Both the position numbers and the translations under genes were made by a program. 64,000 nucleotides of DNA, taken from contig CAZAZW010000002.1 in NCBI GenBank assembly GCA_964489875.1, positions 64,503 to 128,502 on the forward strand, given 5' to 3'. The DNA is from an uncultured Gammaproteobacteria bacterium. Lineage in GTDB: Bacteria; Patescibacteriota; Microgenomatia; Daviesbacterales; UBA10151. Positions 28,388-37,822 of this stretch are shown in pieces. The notes beneath the pieces were generated by a model, which was not told the origin of the DNA, made no database searches, and saw nothing but the letters and a program-made list of their open reading frames with translations. Position 1 is the stretch's first letter. Every line of letters starts with the position of its first letter.

Positions 28388-30169
28388 ATGACAAACATTC
28401 GAAATGTTGCTATCATCGCTCACGTTGACCACGGCAAAACTACTTTGGTAGATGCCCTGCTTCGCCAATCACAAACCCCTCTGGGAAAGCAGTTTACTGA
28501 AACTTCCGAGCTGATTATGGACTCTAATGACCTGGAAAAAGAGCGGGGAATCACTATTTTCTCCAAAAATGCTTCTGTAAATTGGAAAGGTACCAAAATC
28601 AATATTATAGACACTCCCGGCCATGCTGATTTTGGCGGGGAAGTGGAGAGAGTGTTAAAAATGGCTGACGGTTGTCTTTTGCTGATTGATGCTAAGGAAG
28701 GCCCGATGCCGCAAACTCGGTTTGTCTTAAAAAAAGCGCTGGAAATGAGGCATAAAGTTATTGTGGTCATCAACAAAATTGATAAGCCTGACGCCAGAAT
28801 AACCTATGTTATCAACAAAACCTTTGATTTATTCATGGAACTTGGAGCAGACGAAGAGGTTGCCTATTTTCCCACTATTTATTCCTCCGGCAAGTACGGT
28901 AAAGCAGGGCTGGGATCTGATCTTTCCAAAATGGATGATATTGCCCCTGTTTTTGATGCTATTCTGGAACATATCCCGCCGCCGGAAGCTTATACAGATA
29001 AACCTTTGCAGGTTTTAATTACCAATACGATTTATGACAATTTTAAAGGTAGGATTGCTACAGGCAGGGTTCAAAGTGGAACTATAAAAGCGGGCCAGGA
29101 AATTGCCCACATAAACCGGGATGGTGTGGTCAAGAAGTTCAGATTAACATCTCTCCTGGGTTTTGAAGGATTAGAGCGGGTTGATATTACGGAAGCTCAC
29201 GCCGGAGACATTATTGCCCTTTCCGGAATCCCGGATATTACCATCGGTGAAACTATTGCCGACCCGGCTAACCCGATTGCTTTGCCGGTTTTAGATATAG
29301 AGCAGTCAACTGTCAGGATGCGTTTTGGGGTTAACACTTCCCCGCTTGCGGGTTTGGAAGGTGAATTTAAAACTGCCAGGCAAATCAGGGAAAGGTTATA
29401 TAAAGCAGCGGAAGCCGATGTAGCTTTGAAAGTAGAAGATGGTCTCTCAGGTGATCTGATCGTGAGCGGCAGAGGAGAGTTACACTTGGCAATATTAATA
29501 GAGCGGCTGCGCCGTGAAGGATATGAGTTTGAAGTAGGCAAGCCCCAAGTTATAGAGAAAACGGAAAACGGCAAATTAATGACGCCTTTTGAGAAAGTGG
29601 CCATTGAGGTTCCGGAGGAATTATCAGGAACGGTGATGCAAAAGATGGGACTACGGCACGCCGAGCTTTTGGATATGAATACGGAAAACGGGGTGGTTTT
29701 CCTGGAATTTTTGGTTGCCACAAAAGAATTTTTCGGTTACAGGAGCCAATTTATCACAGACACTAAAGGTTTAGGCATTATCAGCAGCTCTTTTTTTGAA
29801 TACAGGGCAGATTCGGGCCAAAAGTTTGAAAGAGCCAATGGATCCTTGGTGGTACATGAATCAGGTAATACCAAGCTGTATGCTCTGGTCGGCGCCCAGG
29901 ATAGGGGAACACTTTTTGTCGGGCCGGGGGTTAATGTTTACAAAGGCCAGGTTATAGGGATGAACTCGCGGGAAGATGATATAGTAATCAACGTCTGCAA
30001 AGAAAAAAAGCAGACTAATCACCGCTCAAGCGGGGAAGGCACCTCGGAACACTTTAATACCCCTAAAATAATGAGCCTGGAAAATGCCATTGAATATATT
30101 GATGATACAGAATTAGTAGAAGTTACCCCCAAAAATATCAGGATTAGAAAAATTGATCTAAACCGTTAG
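28388..30169 (+). CDS. typA: Translational GTPase TypA/BipA
   Basis: IAHVDHGKTTLVD, EKERGITI, DTPGHADFGGEVER, GRGELHL, VEVTPKNIRIRK. Confidence 0.97.
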   Translation: MTNIRNVAIIAHVDHGKTTLVDALLRQSQTPLGKQFTETSELIMDSNDLEKERGITIFSKNASVNWKGTKINIIDTPGHADFGGEVERVLKMADGCLLLIDAKEGPMPQTRFVLKKALEMRHKVIVVINKIDKPDARITYVINKTFDLFMELGADEEVAYFPTIYSSGKYGKAGLGSDLSKMDDIAPVFDAILEHIPPPEAYTDKPLQVLITNTIYDNFKGRIATGRVQSGTIKAGQEIAHINRDGVVKKFRLTSLLGFEGLERVDITEAHAGDIIALSGIPDITIGETIADPANPIALPVLDIEQSTVRMRFGVNTSPLAGLEGEFKTARQIRERLYKAAEADVALKVEDGLSGDLIVSGRGELHLAILIERLRREGYEFEVGKPQVIEKTENGKLMTPFEKVAIEVPEELSGTVMQKMGLRHAELLDMNTENGVVFLEFLVATKEFFGYRSQFITDTKGLGIISSSFFEYRADSGQKFERANGSLVVHESGNTKLYALVGAQDRGTLFVGPGVNVYKGQVIGMNSREDDIVINVCKEKKQTNHRSSGEGTSEHFNTPKIMSLENAIEYIDDTELVEVTPKNIRIRKIDLNR

Positions 30170-30172
30170 GGT

Positions 30173-30421
30173 TTAACTTTTTTCCTGGTGTTCTAATTCA
30201 TCCTTGTGGATTTCCTCATCAATCCCCAATTCCCCTTGATGTTCCTCATCTTGGTTTTCATATAATCCAGCCTTATGTGCTGCATCCAGAACATTGTCAT
30301 CCGATTCCGGGTCAGGCGTAGAACCGCTTATGCTTTGCTCACCTGTTTTGATATCTTCATCTAAAGTATCCTGATGTTTCTGATCATCAGAGACGATACT
30401 GTGTTTATTCTTTGTCAGCAT
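30173..30421 (-). CDS. Small acidic protein (DUF6335-like)
   Basis: GEQSISGSTPDPESDD..D.A.KAGL; GAGGTG RBS. Confidence 0.65.
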   Translation of the reverse strand: MLTKNKHSIVSDDQKHQDTLDEDIKTGEQSISGSTPDPESDDNVLDAAHKAGLYENQDEEHQGELGIDEEIHKDELEHQEKS

Positions 30422-30459
30422 ATTTCTCACCTCACCTTAATATTTATCTGTTGATTATG

Positions 30460-30532
30460 CGCGCCTGGAGGGAATCGAACCCCCAACCGCCTCGTCCGAA
30501 GCGAGGTGCTCTATCCGTTAAGCTACAGGCGC
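30460..30532 (-). tRNA. tRNA-Arg(TCG)
   Basis: gcgcctg acceptor, cctcg-ctTCGga-cgagg anticodon arm. Confidence 0.93.
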
Positions 30533-30546
30533 ATACATGGTAAATT

Positions 30547-31368
30547 TTACCACTTCAGGAGTTCTAATGCCCCATATAAACCGCCGTCATGACCCAATGT
30601 AGCTAAAACTATTTGGGGTACTTGGGGAAATATTTTAAGCTCATTTTTGAGATGGGCTGCGACTTTATCAAGCGGCAGGCTTTTCATAACCGATCCACCC
30701 AAAACTACTACGTCCGGTGACCAGTGGACTATAGTGTTATTTAAACCAAGGCCTAAATGCTTGGCTATTTTATCCCAGATAGCGGGATTTTTTATATCTT
30801 CAGCTTTTTGGTGATAAATTTTTTCTATGTATAATCCTCCAACATAGCTTTCCAGGTGGCCTTTGCCTCCGCAGTTACAGAGGTTTCCATCAGGTATTAT
30901 GATCTGATGTCCTGGTTCAAAACCTAAACTGTTTGAATCAACTCTTTGGTCAACTATTCGGGCTCCTCCGATACCTGTGCCTATAGCCAGATAAGCCACA
31001 ATTTTCTTTCCAACTCCAGCTCCTTTGACTGCTTCTCCGATTCCGCCCATGACAGTGTCATTCTCCAAAATTACTCGGCAGCCAAAAATGCTTTCCAACT
31101 CAGGTTTTAAGGGCTTGTTAATCCATCTGGGAATGTGGGGGCTTTTAGCTAAACCTGTTTTATCTTTATCTAGCGGTCCAGCAATCCCTCCTGCTATACC
31201 GGAAATTTTTTCTCCTCCAGACAATTCATCAGCAGTTTGCTTAAAAGCCAAAATGCCTTGGTCAAAATCTTGGGGTGTGGGGACTATTCTAGACCCGGTG
31301 ATAGTTGATCCATCGCTTGAAACACCAATTCGCATATTTGTCCCGCCGATGTCAAAAACCAGATACAT
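30547..31368 (-). CDS. ROK-family sugar kinase (glucokinase-like)
   Basis: DIGGT, LEND, GTGIGG, EPGH, CNCG..GHLE. Confidence 0.9.
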   Translation of the reverse strand: MYLVFDIGGTNMRIGVSSDGSTITGSRIVPTPQDFDQGILAFKQTADELSGGEKISGIAGGIAGPLDKDKTGLAKSPHIPRWINKPLKPELESIFGCRVILENDTVMGGIGEAVKGAGVGKKIVAYLAIGTGIGGARIVDQRVDSNSLGFEPGHQIIIPDGNLCNCGGKGHLESYVGGLYIEKIYHQKAEDIKNPAIWDKIAKHLGLGLNNTIVHWSPDVVVLGGSVMKSLPLDKVAAHLKNELKIFPQVPQIVLATLGHDGGLYGALELLKW

Positions 31369-31375
31369 ATAGCTT

Positions 31376-32239
31376 TTATTTTAACATAAGAAAATAATCA
31401 AGGATTTTGAGGATACCGTCATCGTTAACCGAGGGTCCAACGAAATATTTCCCTTCCCCTTTTGATTCCACTAATCTTTTAAGCTCAGGGCTGGCATCTT
31501 CCATAGTTGCAGCATAGCCGCAAAGCTTCATAAATTCCCAATCCCCCAGAGTATCTCCGACTCCTAAAGTCTCTTCAAAAGAAATACCCAGTTCTTCTGC
31601 CACAGTCCTTGCTGCATGAGCTTTTGAGGCTTCAGTTGATGTTATCACACAATATTCCCATTCTTTAGTTGAAGGATGCATAGTCCAAGTAGATGTTATT
31701 TGTCCTTGGAACTTCTCTAATATCTTCTCTGTTTTCCTTCTTTCCTCCTCGTTTCTACTAACAATTATGAGTTTAATAACATTGTGTTTTTCTGCCTCTT
31801 TAGCCAGGGATTCAACAACAATAGGGTTTCTTTGTAATATAGCAATACGCTGAGGTAATATTTCGCCTCCTATATTTTTTTGGGTAAAATAATCATCTAT
31901 GGAATACATTTCAGTGTGGATATAATTTTGAAGACATACATTAATAATGCTGGAAACTAAAACTGTTTCTATATTAAATGAGTAAACTTCTTTTGCAATC
32001 GGGTTAATGATAAGTGATCCGGCGTCGGTGATGTGAGGATTGTCAAGATTTGCCTGCAAAATAATTGGTTCTATGACAGGGTGGTATTTTCCTGAACAAA
32101 GCACCACAGGAATTCCTATTTGTCTGACTTTTTTAAGAGCAGAAAGTACTTTCGGGCTGGGATAGGGAAAATTAACTCCCTTTTTGTGTCCAACAATCAC
32201 CCCATCCACATCCATAATAATCAGTTTAACCATTGTCAT
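31376..32239 (-). CDS. Cof-type HAD-IIB hydrolase
   Basis: MDVDG, CSGK, SKA, GDT.GD. Confidence 0.85.
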   Translation of the reverse strand: MTMVKLIIMDVDGVIVGHKKGVNFPYPSPKVLSALKKVRQIGIPVVLCSGKYHPVIEPIILQANLDNPHITDAGSLIINPIAKEVYSFNIETVLVSSIINVCLQNYIHTEMYSIDDYFTQKNIGGEILPQRIAILQRNPIVVESLAKEAEKHNVIKLIIVSRNEEERRKTEKILEKFQGQITSTWTMHPSTKEWEYCVITSTEASKAHAARTVAEELGISFEETLGVGDTLGDWEFMKLCGYAATMEDASPELKRLVESKGEGKYFVGPSVNDDGILKILDYFLMLK

Positions 32240-32269
32240 ATTATACCTAATTTAGTAGAGTAAGCTTAT

Positions 32270-33229
32270 ATGAAAATTGGGTATATTGGCCTGGGTCGGA
32301 TGGGGAAGAATATGGTACTTTTGCTCTTGGAGAAGGGGATTGAGGTGGTGGCTTGGAATAGGTCACCGGAACCCAGAGAAGAATTAAAATCTGAAGCAAG
32401 AATATTAAAAAGCGGCTCGGAAAATCTAACAGTAGCAGAAAGCCTGGATGAGCTAATAAATGGTCTTCCGGCCCCAAAAGTAATTTGGCTAATGGTTACA
32501 GCCGGACCGGCAGTTGATGAGGTTTTAAAACAATTATCTGAGAAGCTGCAACCCGGAGATTTAGTGATAGACGGCGGCAATTCCTTTTATAAGGATACTC
32601 TAGGGAGAAATGAGATACTGGCTGCTAAAGGTATTCACTACATGGATGCCGGGACTTCCGGAGGAGTGGAGGGGGCCAGGACCGGCGCGTGTATTATGGT
32701 AGGCGGAGCCAAAGAGGATTTTGATAAAATTAAACCTGTTTTACAAGCGGCTGCCATGCCAGAAGCTTATGCCTATTTGGGTTCTGTTGGAGCGGGACAT
32801 TTTGCCAAAACTATTCATAACGGCATTGAATACGGCATGATGGAAGCTATTGGTGAAGGAGCAGCCATGTTAAAAAATTCCCAGTTTAACTTCGACCTTA
32901 GGGAAGTTTTTCGAATCTACAATACCGGCTCAATTATTGAATCAAGGTTAGTGGGATGGACTTTAGCTGAACTAAAAAATGATCCTGAACTTGCCAATAT
33001 TTCTTCAGTTATTGGTTCAGCAGGTGGAGCAGGCAAAGCCAAAGGGGAAGGACATTGGACAGTTGAGCTGGCTCATGAAATGGGGATAGATGTACCTGTA
33101 ATTGAGGCTTCTGTTAAAGTTAGGGATAATTCTGATGCAGACGCGGAAGATTCTCCCAATGGTTTCAGGAATAAAGTAGTAGCTGCCATGCGTTGGCAAT
33201 TTGGTCGCCACCCTGTTAAAAAAAGCTGA
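32270..33229 (+). CDS. gnd: 6-phosphogluconate dehydrogenase, short-chain type
   Basis: GLGRMG, DGGNS, SGGVEGA, GHFAKTIHNGIEYG, R.QFG.H. Confidence 0.93.
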   Translation: MKIGYIGLGRMGKNMVLLLLEKGIEVVAWNRSPEPREELKSEARILKSGSENLTVAESLDELINGLPAPKVIWLMVTAGPAVDEVLKQLSEKLQPGDLVIDGGNSFYKDTLGRNEILAAKGIHYMDAGTSGGVEGARTGACIMVGGAKEDFDKIKPVLQAAAMPEAYAYLGSVGAGHFAKTIHNGIEYGMMEAIGEGAAMLKNSQFNFDLREVFRIYNTGSIIESRLVGWTLAELKNDPELANISSVIGSAGGAGKAKGEGHWTVELAHEMGIDVPVIEASVKVRDNSDADAEDSPNGFRNKVVAAMRWQFGRHPVKKS

Positions 33230-33739
33230 CTATTTTAGGGGGAATTTGCCGACAATCCGCCAATCCTCAATTTCCCCGCCTTTGAGTAAATGCACGCTGT
33301 TAATTTCAAACTTAATTGATTGATCTCTTCCAATTTCTCTGATTATTTTTTCCTTAATTTCTATAGGAAATGTTCCATAAAGTAAGCTTAGGTGCGGCAT
33401 GTATTCCAGAGCGCCATTCATCTGAAATATTTCTTTTGCCCGGGTGTTTAGAAAAAGCAGCTCCGGCGTTTTTTTAGCTCTTACAAAAAGTGTTCTGAAA
33501 AAGTAATCTTCGTAGTCAATTTGCTCCATTTCTATCGTAAAAGGTTTTTGGCCGGAAACCAGCTGTTTAGTCAACTTTATACATTCTTCCTCAGGCTGCA
33601 TAAAGTCTCCTAATAATGTTACGTGAGGAATAAATACAGGTGCATTATATTCCTCTGCCAGTTTTTTTATTAAGTTTGAGAACTTCTGATATGCTTGTCC
33701 AGTTGGCATTAACCAAAGCGTGTGTCCTTTTGATTGCAT
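33230..33739 (-). CDS. 2H phosphoesterase (CPDase-like)
   Basis: Two HxT/S motifs: PHVTL and PHLSL. Confidence 0.85.
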   Translation of the reverse strand: MQSKGHTLWLMPTGQAYQKFSNLIKKLAEEYNAPVFIPHVTLLGDFMQPEEECIKLTKQLVSGQKPFTIEMEQIDYEDYFFRTLFVRAKKTPELLFLNTRAKEIFQMNGALEYMPHLSLLYGTFPIEIKEKIIREIGRDQSIKFEINSVHLLKGGEIEDWRIVGKFPLK

Positions 33740-33741
33740 AA

Positions 33742-34545
33742 TTATTTGTTAATTAATTCTAATATTTTGTTATGCAAAATCCCATTAGTCGCAAGCATTG
33801 CTGGATTAAAAATATCCCAATCCTCTCCAGATGGAGTCGTAATTTTGCCGCCTGCTTTCCTTATAAATAGAGATGAAGCTGCTATATCCCATGGTTTTAT
33901 GCCGTAAATAAGGTATACGTCCATTTTGCCATTGGCAAGGGTTGCTGGTTCTGCTACGGCACTGTTTGCGCATTTTATCTGCCTGACATGAGGAACTATT
34001 TTATCTAGCCACCTTATTAGTATTAGTCTTTCCCCTTTCTCCCATCCCCAATCACAGCCAAATACAGTTTCTTTTAGCTCTCTTGTAGATGAAACTTTCA
34101 AGGTTCTTCCATTAAGGCAAGCCTCCTCTTTGTCGGCTTGAGCCCAATATAAATTATTTTCCATAGGCAGGTATACCACACCCAGTTTCGATATCCCTTT
34201 ATTAACTAGACCAACTGAGATGGCAAAATGTGGATTGCCTCTTGCGAAATTAACCGTTCCATCAATCGGATCAATCACCCATAAATTATCCATTTTTTTA
34301 AGGGATGAATAATCTTTAGGGGCTGTTTCTTCTGTTAAGAGGAAGGTTTGTGGGTATTGTCTTTTAATATTTTCCCTCAGAAATTTATCAATTTCTTCAT
34401 CAGCTTGAGTAATAAGATCGACCCCTCCTTTTGATTTAGAGGTAAATTTACCGGAGGAAAAATATTTTTTTAAAATGTTCCCGGCTTCAGATACCAATTT
34501 TAAAACATATTCCTGTGCTTGATTTAAGTTAATTTGATCATTCAT
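33742..34545 (-). CDS. Inositol monophosphatase family protein
   Basis: TQAD, TEE, WVIDPIDGTVNF, KPWDIAA. Confidence 0.9.
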   Translation of the reverse strand: MNDQINLNQAQEYVLKLVSEAGNILKKYFSSGKFTSKSKGGVDLITQADEEIDKFLRENIKRQYPQTFLLTEETAPKDYSSLKKMDNLWVIDPIDGTVNFARGNPHFAISVGLVNKGISKLGVVYLPMENNLYWAQADKEEACLNGRTLKVSSTRELKETVFGCDWGWEKGERLILIRWLDKIVPHVRQIKCANSAVAEPATLANGKMDVYLIYGIKPWDIAASSLFIRKAGGKITTPSGEDWDIFNPAMLATNGILHNKILELINK

Positions 34546-34548
34546 AGT

Positions 34549-35973
34549 CTATATTCTACAAAACTCCATTGATGGTTCAAGCCAAGCTCTGCCGTCTTTT
34601 TCCAGTAAATCACCTGCCTTTTTGGGCCCCCAGGAACCTTTCCGGTATATGGCCGGCTTGCTGCGTTTTTTGATCAACGGGTCAATAAATGCCCACTGGG
34701 CTTCTATCTCTGCAGCATCATTAAAAAATGTTTGGTCACCTCTGATGGTATCAACTAAAAGCCGCTCGTACGGATCAGGGACATAATGAGTATGAGGGTC
34801 TATCCGATAACAATATTGCATGTATTCCGGCTGCAATCTCGCTTCGTAGCCCGGAACCTTGATTAAAATCTTTAAAACTATTCCTTCATTGGGTTGGATT
34901 CGGTAAATTAGAACATTAGGTTCGTCTCCGCACTCCGGATCCCTCAATAGTCGATGCACAGGATTTTTAAAGACAATGGATATTTCAGTGACAGTTTGTT
35001 TTAGGTTTTTGCCTGCCCTGATGTAGATGGGAACATCCTTAAAGCGTTCATTGTTGATATAAGTCTTCAGGGCATAAAAAGTATCTGTTTGAGAATTCTC
35101 TGCTACATTTTCCTCTTTCTGGTATCCTTCATACTGGCCATACACTATTTTCTCTGGCAGTGGAGTGAGATTCTGCAGGATTTTAAGTCTTTCTTTAGTA
35201 ACTGCTTCATTGCTAAATTCGCTTGGATCATTCATGGTGGCAAAAGCCAACATTTGTAATTGATGGTTTTGGCCAACATCCTTGAGTGAGCCCACCTGGT
35301 CGTAATATCCACCACGTTTGCCGATTCCAAAATCCTCTGAAGCAGTAATTTGGATGTGATCAATATGATCTTTGTTGATTAAAGGTTCAAAAATATCATT
35401 GGCAAACCGGAAGGTCAGGATATTTTGCAGGGTTTCCTTTCCTAAGTAATGGTCCAGCCGAAAAATTTGGTCTTCAGTGAAGTATTTTAAAAGCAGGTTA
35501 TTCAGGGCTTTTGCTGAAGGTAAATCATTTCCAATGGGTTTTTCAATCATCAACCTGACCCAGCCGCCATTTTGTTTGTTCAATTTATTTTTTTGCAGAT
35601 TTTCAAAAACATACTGGTATAAATCAGGATAGGTAGCCAGGTAAAAAATCCGGTTATTGTGGTCTAAAAATTTACTTAATTTTTCATAAAGCTGCTGGTC
35701 TTCCACACTGCCGGTTAGGTACCTGAGCCTGCTGCAGAATTTTTTAAAAGTTACCTCCTTAATCTCATGCTTGTGGTGAATATTCTCAAGGTGCAGGACT
35801 GAGTTGACATACTCTTTAAAGCTACTATCGGACATCTCTCTTCTTGATATACCAATAATGGTCATCTTTTCCGGCAGCAACCCTTTTTCTTCCATGTCAT
35901 AAAGAGCGGGGATCAATTTAATTTGAGCTAAGTTACTGGTGATGCCGAAGATGACTAAAACAAACGGATCCAT
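34549..35973 (-). CDS. zwf: Glucose-6-phosphate 1-dehydrogenase
   Basis: EKPIG, RLDHYLGKE, RGGYYD, QNH, RIQPNEG, YERLL. Confidence 0.93.
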   Translation of the reverse strand: MDPFVLVIFGITSNLAQIKLIPALYDMEEKGLLPEKMTIIGISRREMSDSSFKEYVNSVLHLENIHHKHEIKEVTFKKFCSRLRYLTGSVEDQQLYEKLSKFLDHNNRIFYLATYPDLYQYVFENLQKNKLNKQNGGWVRLMIEKPIGNDLPSAKALNNLLLKYFTEDQIFRLDHYLGKETLQNILTFRFANDIFEPLINKDHIDHIQITASEDFGIGKRGGYYDQVGSLKDVGQNHQLQMLAFATMNDPSEFSNEAVTKERLKILQNLTPLPEKIVYGQYEGYQKEENVAENSQTDTFYALKTYINNERFKDVPIYIRAGKNLKQTVTEISIVFKNPVHRLLRDPECGDEPNVLIYRIQPNEGIVLKILIKVPGYEARLQPEYMQYCYRIDPHTHYVPDPYERLLVDTIRGDQTFFNDAAEIEAQWAFIDPLIKKRSKPAIYRKGSWGPKKAGDLLEKDGRAWLEPSMEFCRI

Positions 35974-36028
35974 TGCACTAAAAGATACCATTTTTTTTAA
36001 TGAAAGTCATTATGATAAAATAGACAGG

Positions 36029-37045
36029 ATGGATAATTTAGACCCCAAAAATGTGCTTGGTTCAACTAAGATGCTGGCAGATCAGTGCGATTATATTTGG
36101 GCGCTGGCTAAAACTGTAGAATTTCCCGCAGATTATAAATCCTTGGAAAATATCACCCTTTGCGGCATGGGTGGATCAAGGTATGGTGCATACATTGTAA
36201 AAAATCTTTACTGGGATTTACTTAAAGTTCCTCTTCTAGAATACGGAGATTACCATCTGCCGGCATATCTTAATAAAAAAAGTTTGTTTATTCTTTCCAG
36301 CTATTCCGGTGGAACAGAAGAGCCACTTAATTCTGCCAAGGAAGCTCTGGAAAAAGGTTACTCTGTTGTTGGATTAACCAGTGGTGGAGAAGCGCTGGAG
36401 ATGTCTAAAAATTACAATTTTCCATCTATCGTATTCAATCAAAAGTACAACCCGTCTGGCCAACCGCGCCTTGGTACCGGATATATGGTGTTGGGTACTA
36501 TTGCGCTTCTGACAAGGTTAGGTTATCTCCAAGTTAGCGATGGGGTGGTAGAAAAGGCAATCAGTGAACTCCGGGCATCTCGGGAGGAAGTAGAGTCAAG
36601 GGCAAAAGAGCTGGCCCAAGCTCTCTACGGCCATATTCCTGTTTATTTTGCTGCGGAATTTCTAAACGGCAACATCCATATTATTAGAAACCAGACTAAT
36701 GAAACAGCAAAAAGTTTTTCTGCATTTTCAGAGCTTCCTGAACTAAATCACCATCTTATGGAAGGACTTAGGAACCCTAAGGAAAAAAAATTATTTATGT
36801 TGTTTATATCCTCAGATTTGTATTCGGATAAATTAAAGAAACGTTTGGAGTTAACGAAAGATGTAGTGGGGAAAAATGGGGTAGCCTTTGATGAATATAA
36901 ACCTTCAGGTAGCTCTAAGCTATCCCAGATGTTAAATGTGCTTTCTTTTGGTGGTTACTTAAGCCTTTATCTTGCTTTCCTGTATAAACAAGACCCCAGC
37001 TTAATTCCCTGGGTAGATTATTTCAAAGACCAATTAGCAAAGTAG
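36029..37045 (+). CDS. Bifunctional phosphoglucose/phosphomannose isomerase (SIS)
   Basis: GMGGS, SYSGGTEE, QPR, NETAK, PELNHH. Confidence 0.88.
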   Translation: MDNLDPKNVLGSTKMLADQCDYIWALAKTVEFPADYKSLENITLCGMGGSRYGAYIVKNLYWDLLKVPLLEYGDYHLPAYLNKKSLFILSSYSGGTEEPLNSAKEALEKGYSVVGLTSGGEALEMSKNYNFPSIVFNQKYNPSGQPRLGTGYMVLGTIALLTRLGYLQVSDGVVEKAISELRASREEVESRAKELAQALYGHIPVYFAAEFLNGNIHIIRNQTNETAKSFSAFSELPELNHHLMEGLRNPKEKKLFMLFISSDLYSDKLKKRLELTKDVVGKNGVAFDEYKPSGSSKLSQMLNVLSFGGYLSLYLAFLYKQDPSLIPWVDYFKDQLAK

Positions 37046-37195
37046 TCCCGGAACCCGAAAGGCTCACTCCCGAAGAATACGCCCAAAAACTCTCTTTAAA
37101 GCCTTAATGGTTACTGTTTCATTTATGCCACGGCCGTGGGTCATTTGAAACAAAAATCAATTAGCTTGCAACCTGAAAGGTTACCGTGTCATCAT

Positions 37196-37218
37196 ACTCC
37201 TACCTCCGAGGTAGGAGT
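37196..37218. repeat. Perfect 11-bp-arm palindrome with 1-nt centre
   Basis: actcctacctc-c-gaggtaggagt. Confidence 0.8.
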
Positions 37219-37219
37219 C

Positions 37220-37822
37220 CTAGTTAGGCTGAAGTATAAAATCCAGCCATTTTTTTCTGTATATAGTAATGGTAGCAGCGATAGCTAATACATGTTCAGG
37301 TATAGGGATTTCTATATTGGTTGCCCCATCTAAAGTTGAGGTGTTGGCCGGAACCAATTCATCCCAAATAGAAGATACGGTCATGATTCTATCTTTATCC
37401 TCTTTCGAAAAAAGCTTAGTATTTTCTTCAGCCCAGATAACTGATTCATAAAAGGCTTCGCTACTTTTTGCTGACAGGACTAGAGGGGGAAAGTCTCCGA
37501 TTCCCCTGTTTAACCTTCCGCAAACAATTATCACTTTTGAGACTGCGCTTCTTCGTTCAGCATATCCATTTAGTGCTAGACTACCAAAGGCACTTATTCC
37601 AACTAAGCTTATGCTCCTACCGGCTAATGAATCAATCTTATCAATCAATCCATTCAATTTTGGATCCAGATTATCTGGATCTTTCTTCCAGGGAGCCGGA
37701 TGAAGGTGGAAATTGAATATTGCATCCTTATAAATCAATTTTCTTGGTATGAATCTTTGCACCAAACCAATGCGGTCACTTAGCCCCGGCCCCATGATGA
37801 TGTCATATTCCTGTCTATTCAT
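37220..37822 (-). CDS. Small alpha/beta hydrolase
   Basis: LVGISAFG nucleophile elbow, DELVP, EH. Confidence 0.65.
   Translation of the reverse strand: MNRQEYDIIMGPGLSDRIGLVQRFIPRKLIYKDAIFNFHLHPAPWKKDPDNLDPKLNGLIDKIDSLAGRSISLVGISAFGSLALNGYAERRSAVSKVIIVCGRLNRGIGDFPPLVLSAKSSEAFYESVIWAEENTKLFSKEDKDRIMTVSSIWDELVPANTSTLDGATNIEIPIPEHVLAIAATITIYRKKWLDFILQPN

Noticed and set aside
29197-29721. Long antisense ORFs inside typA, the ABC permease, fhs and SIMPL genes
   Set aside because: Shadow frames of conserved genes with no motifs or start signals
35939-36028. Overlap of pgi/pmi and zwf 5' ends
   Set aside because: Artefact of longest-ORF starts; better starts at 36029 and 35973 leave a short divergent promoter gap
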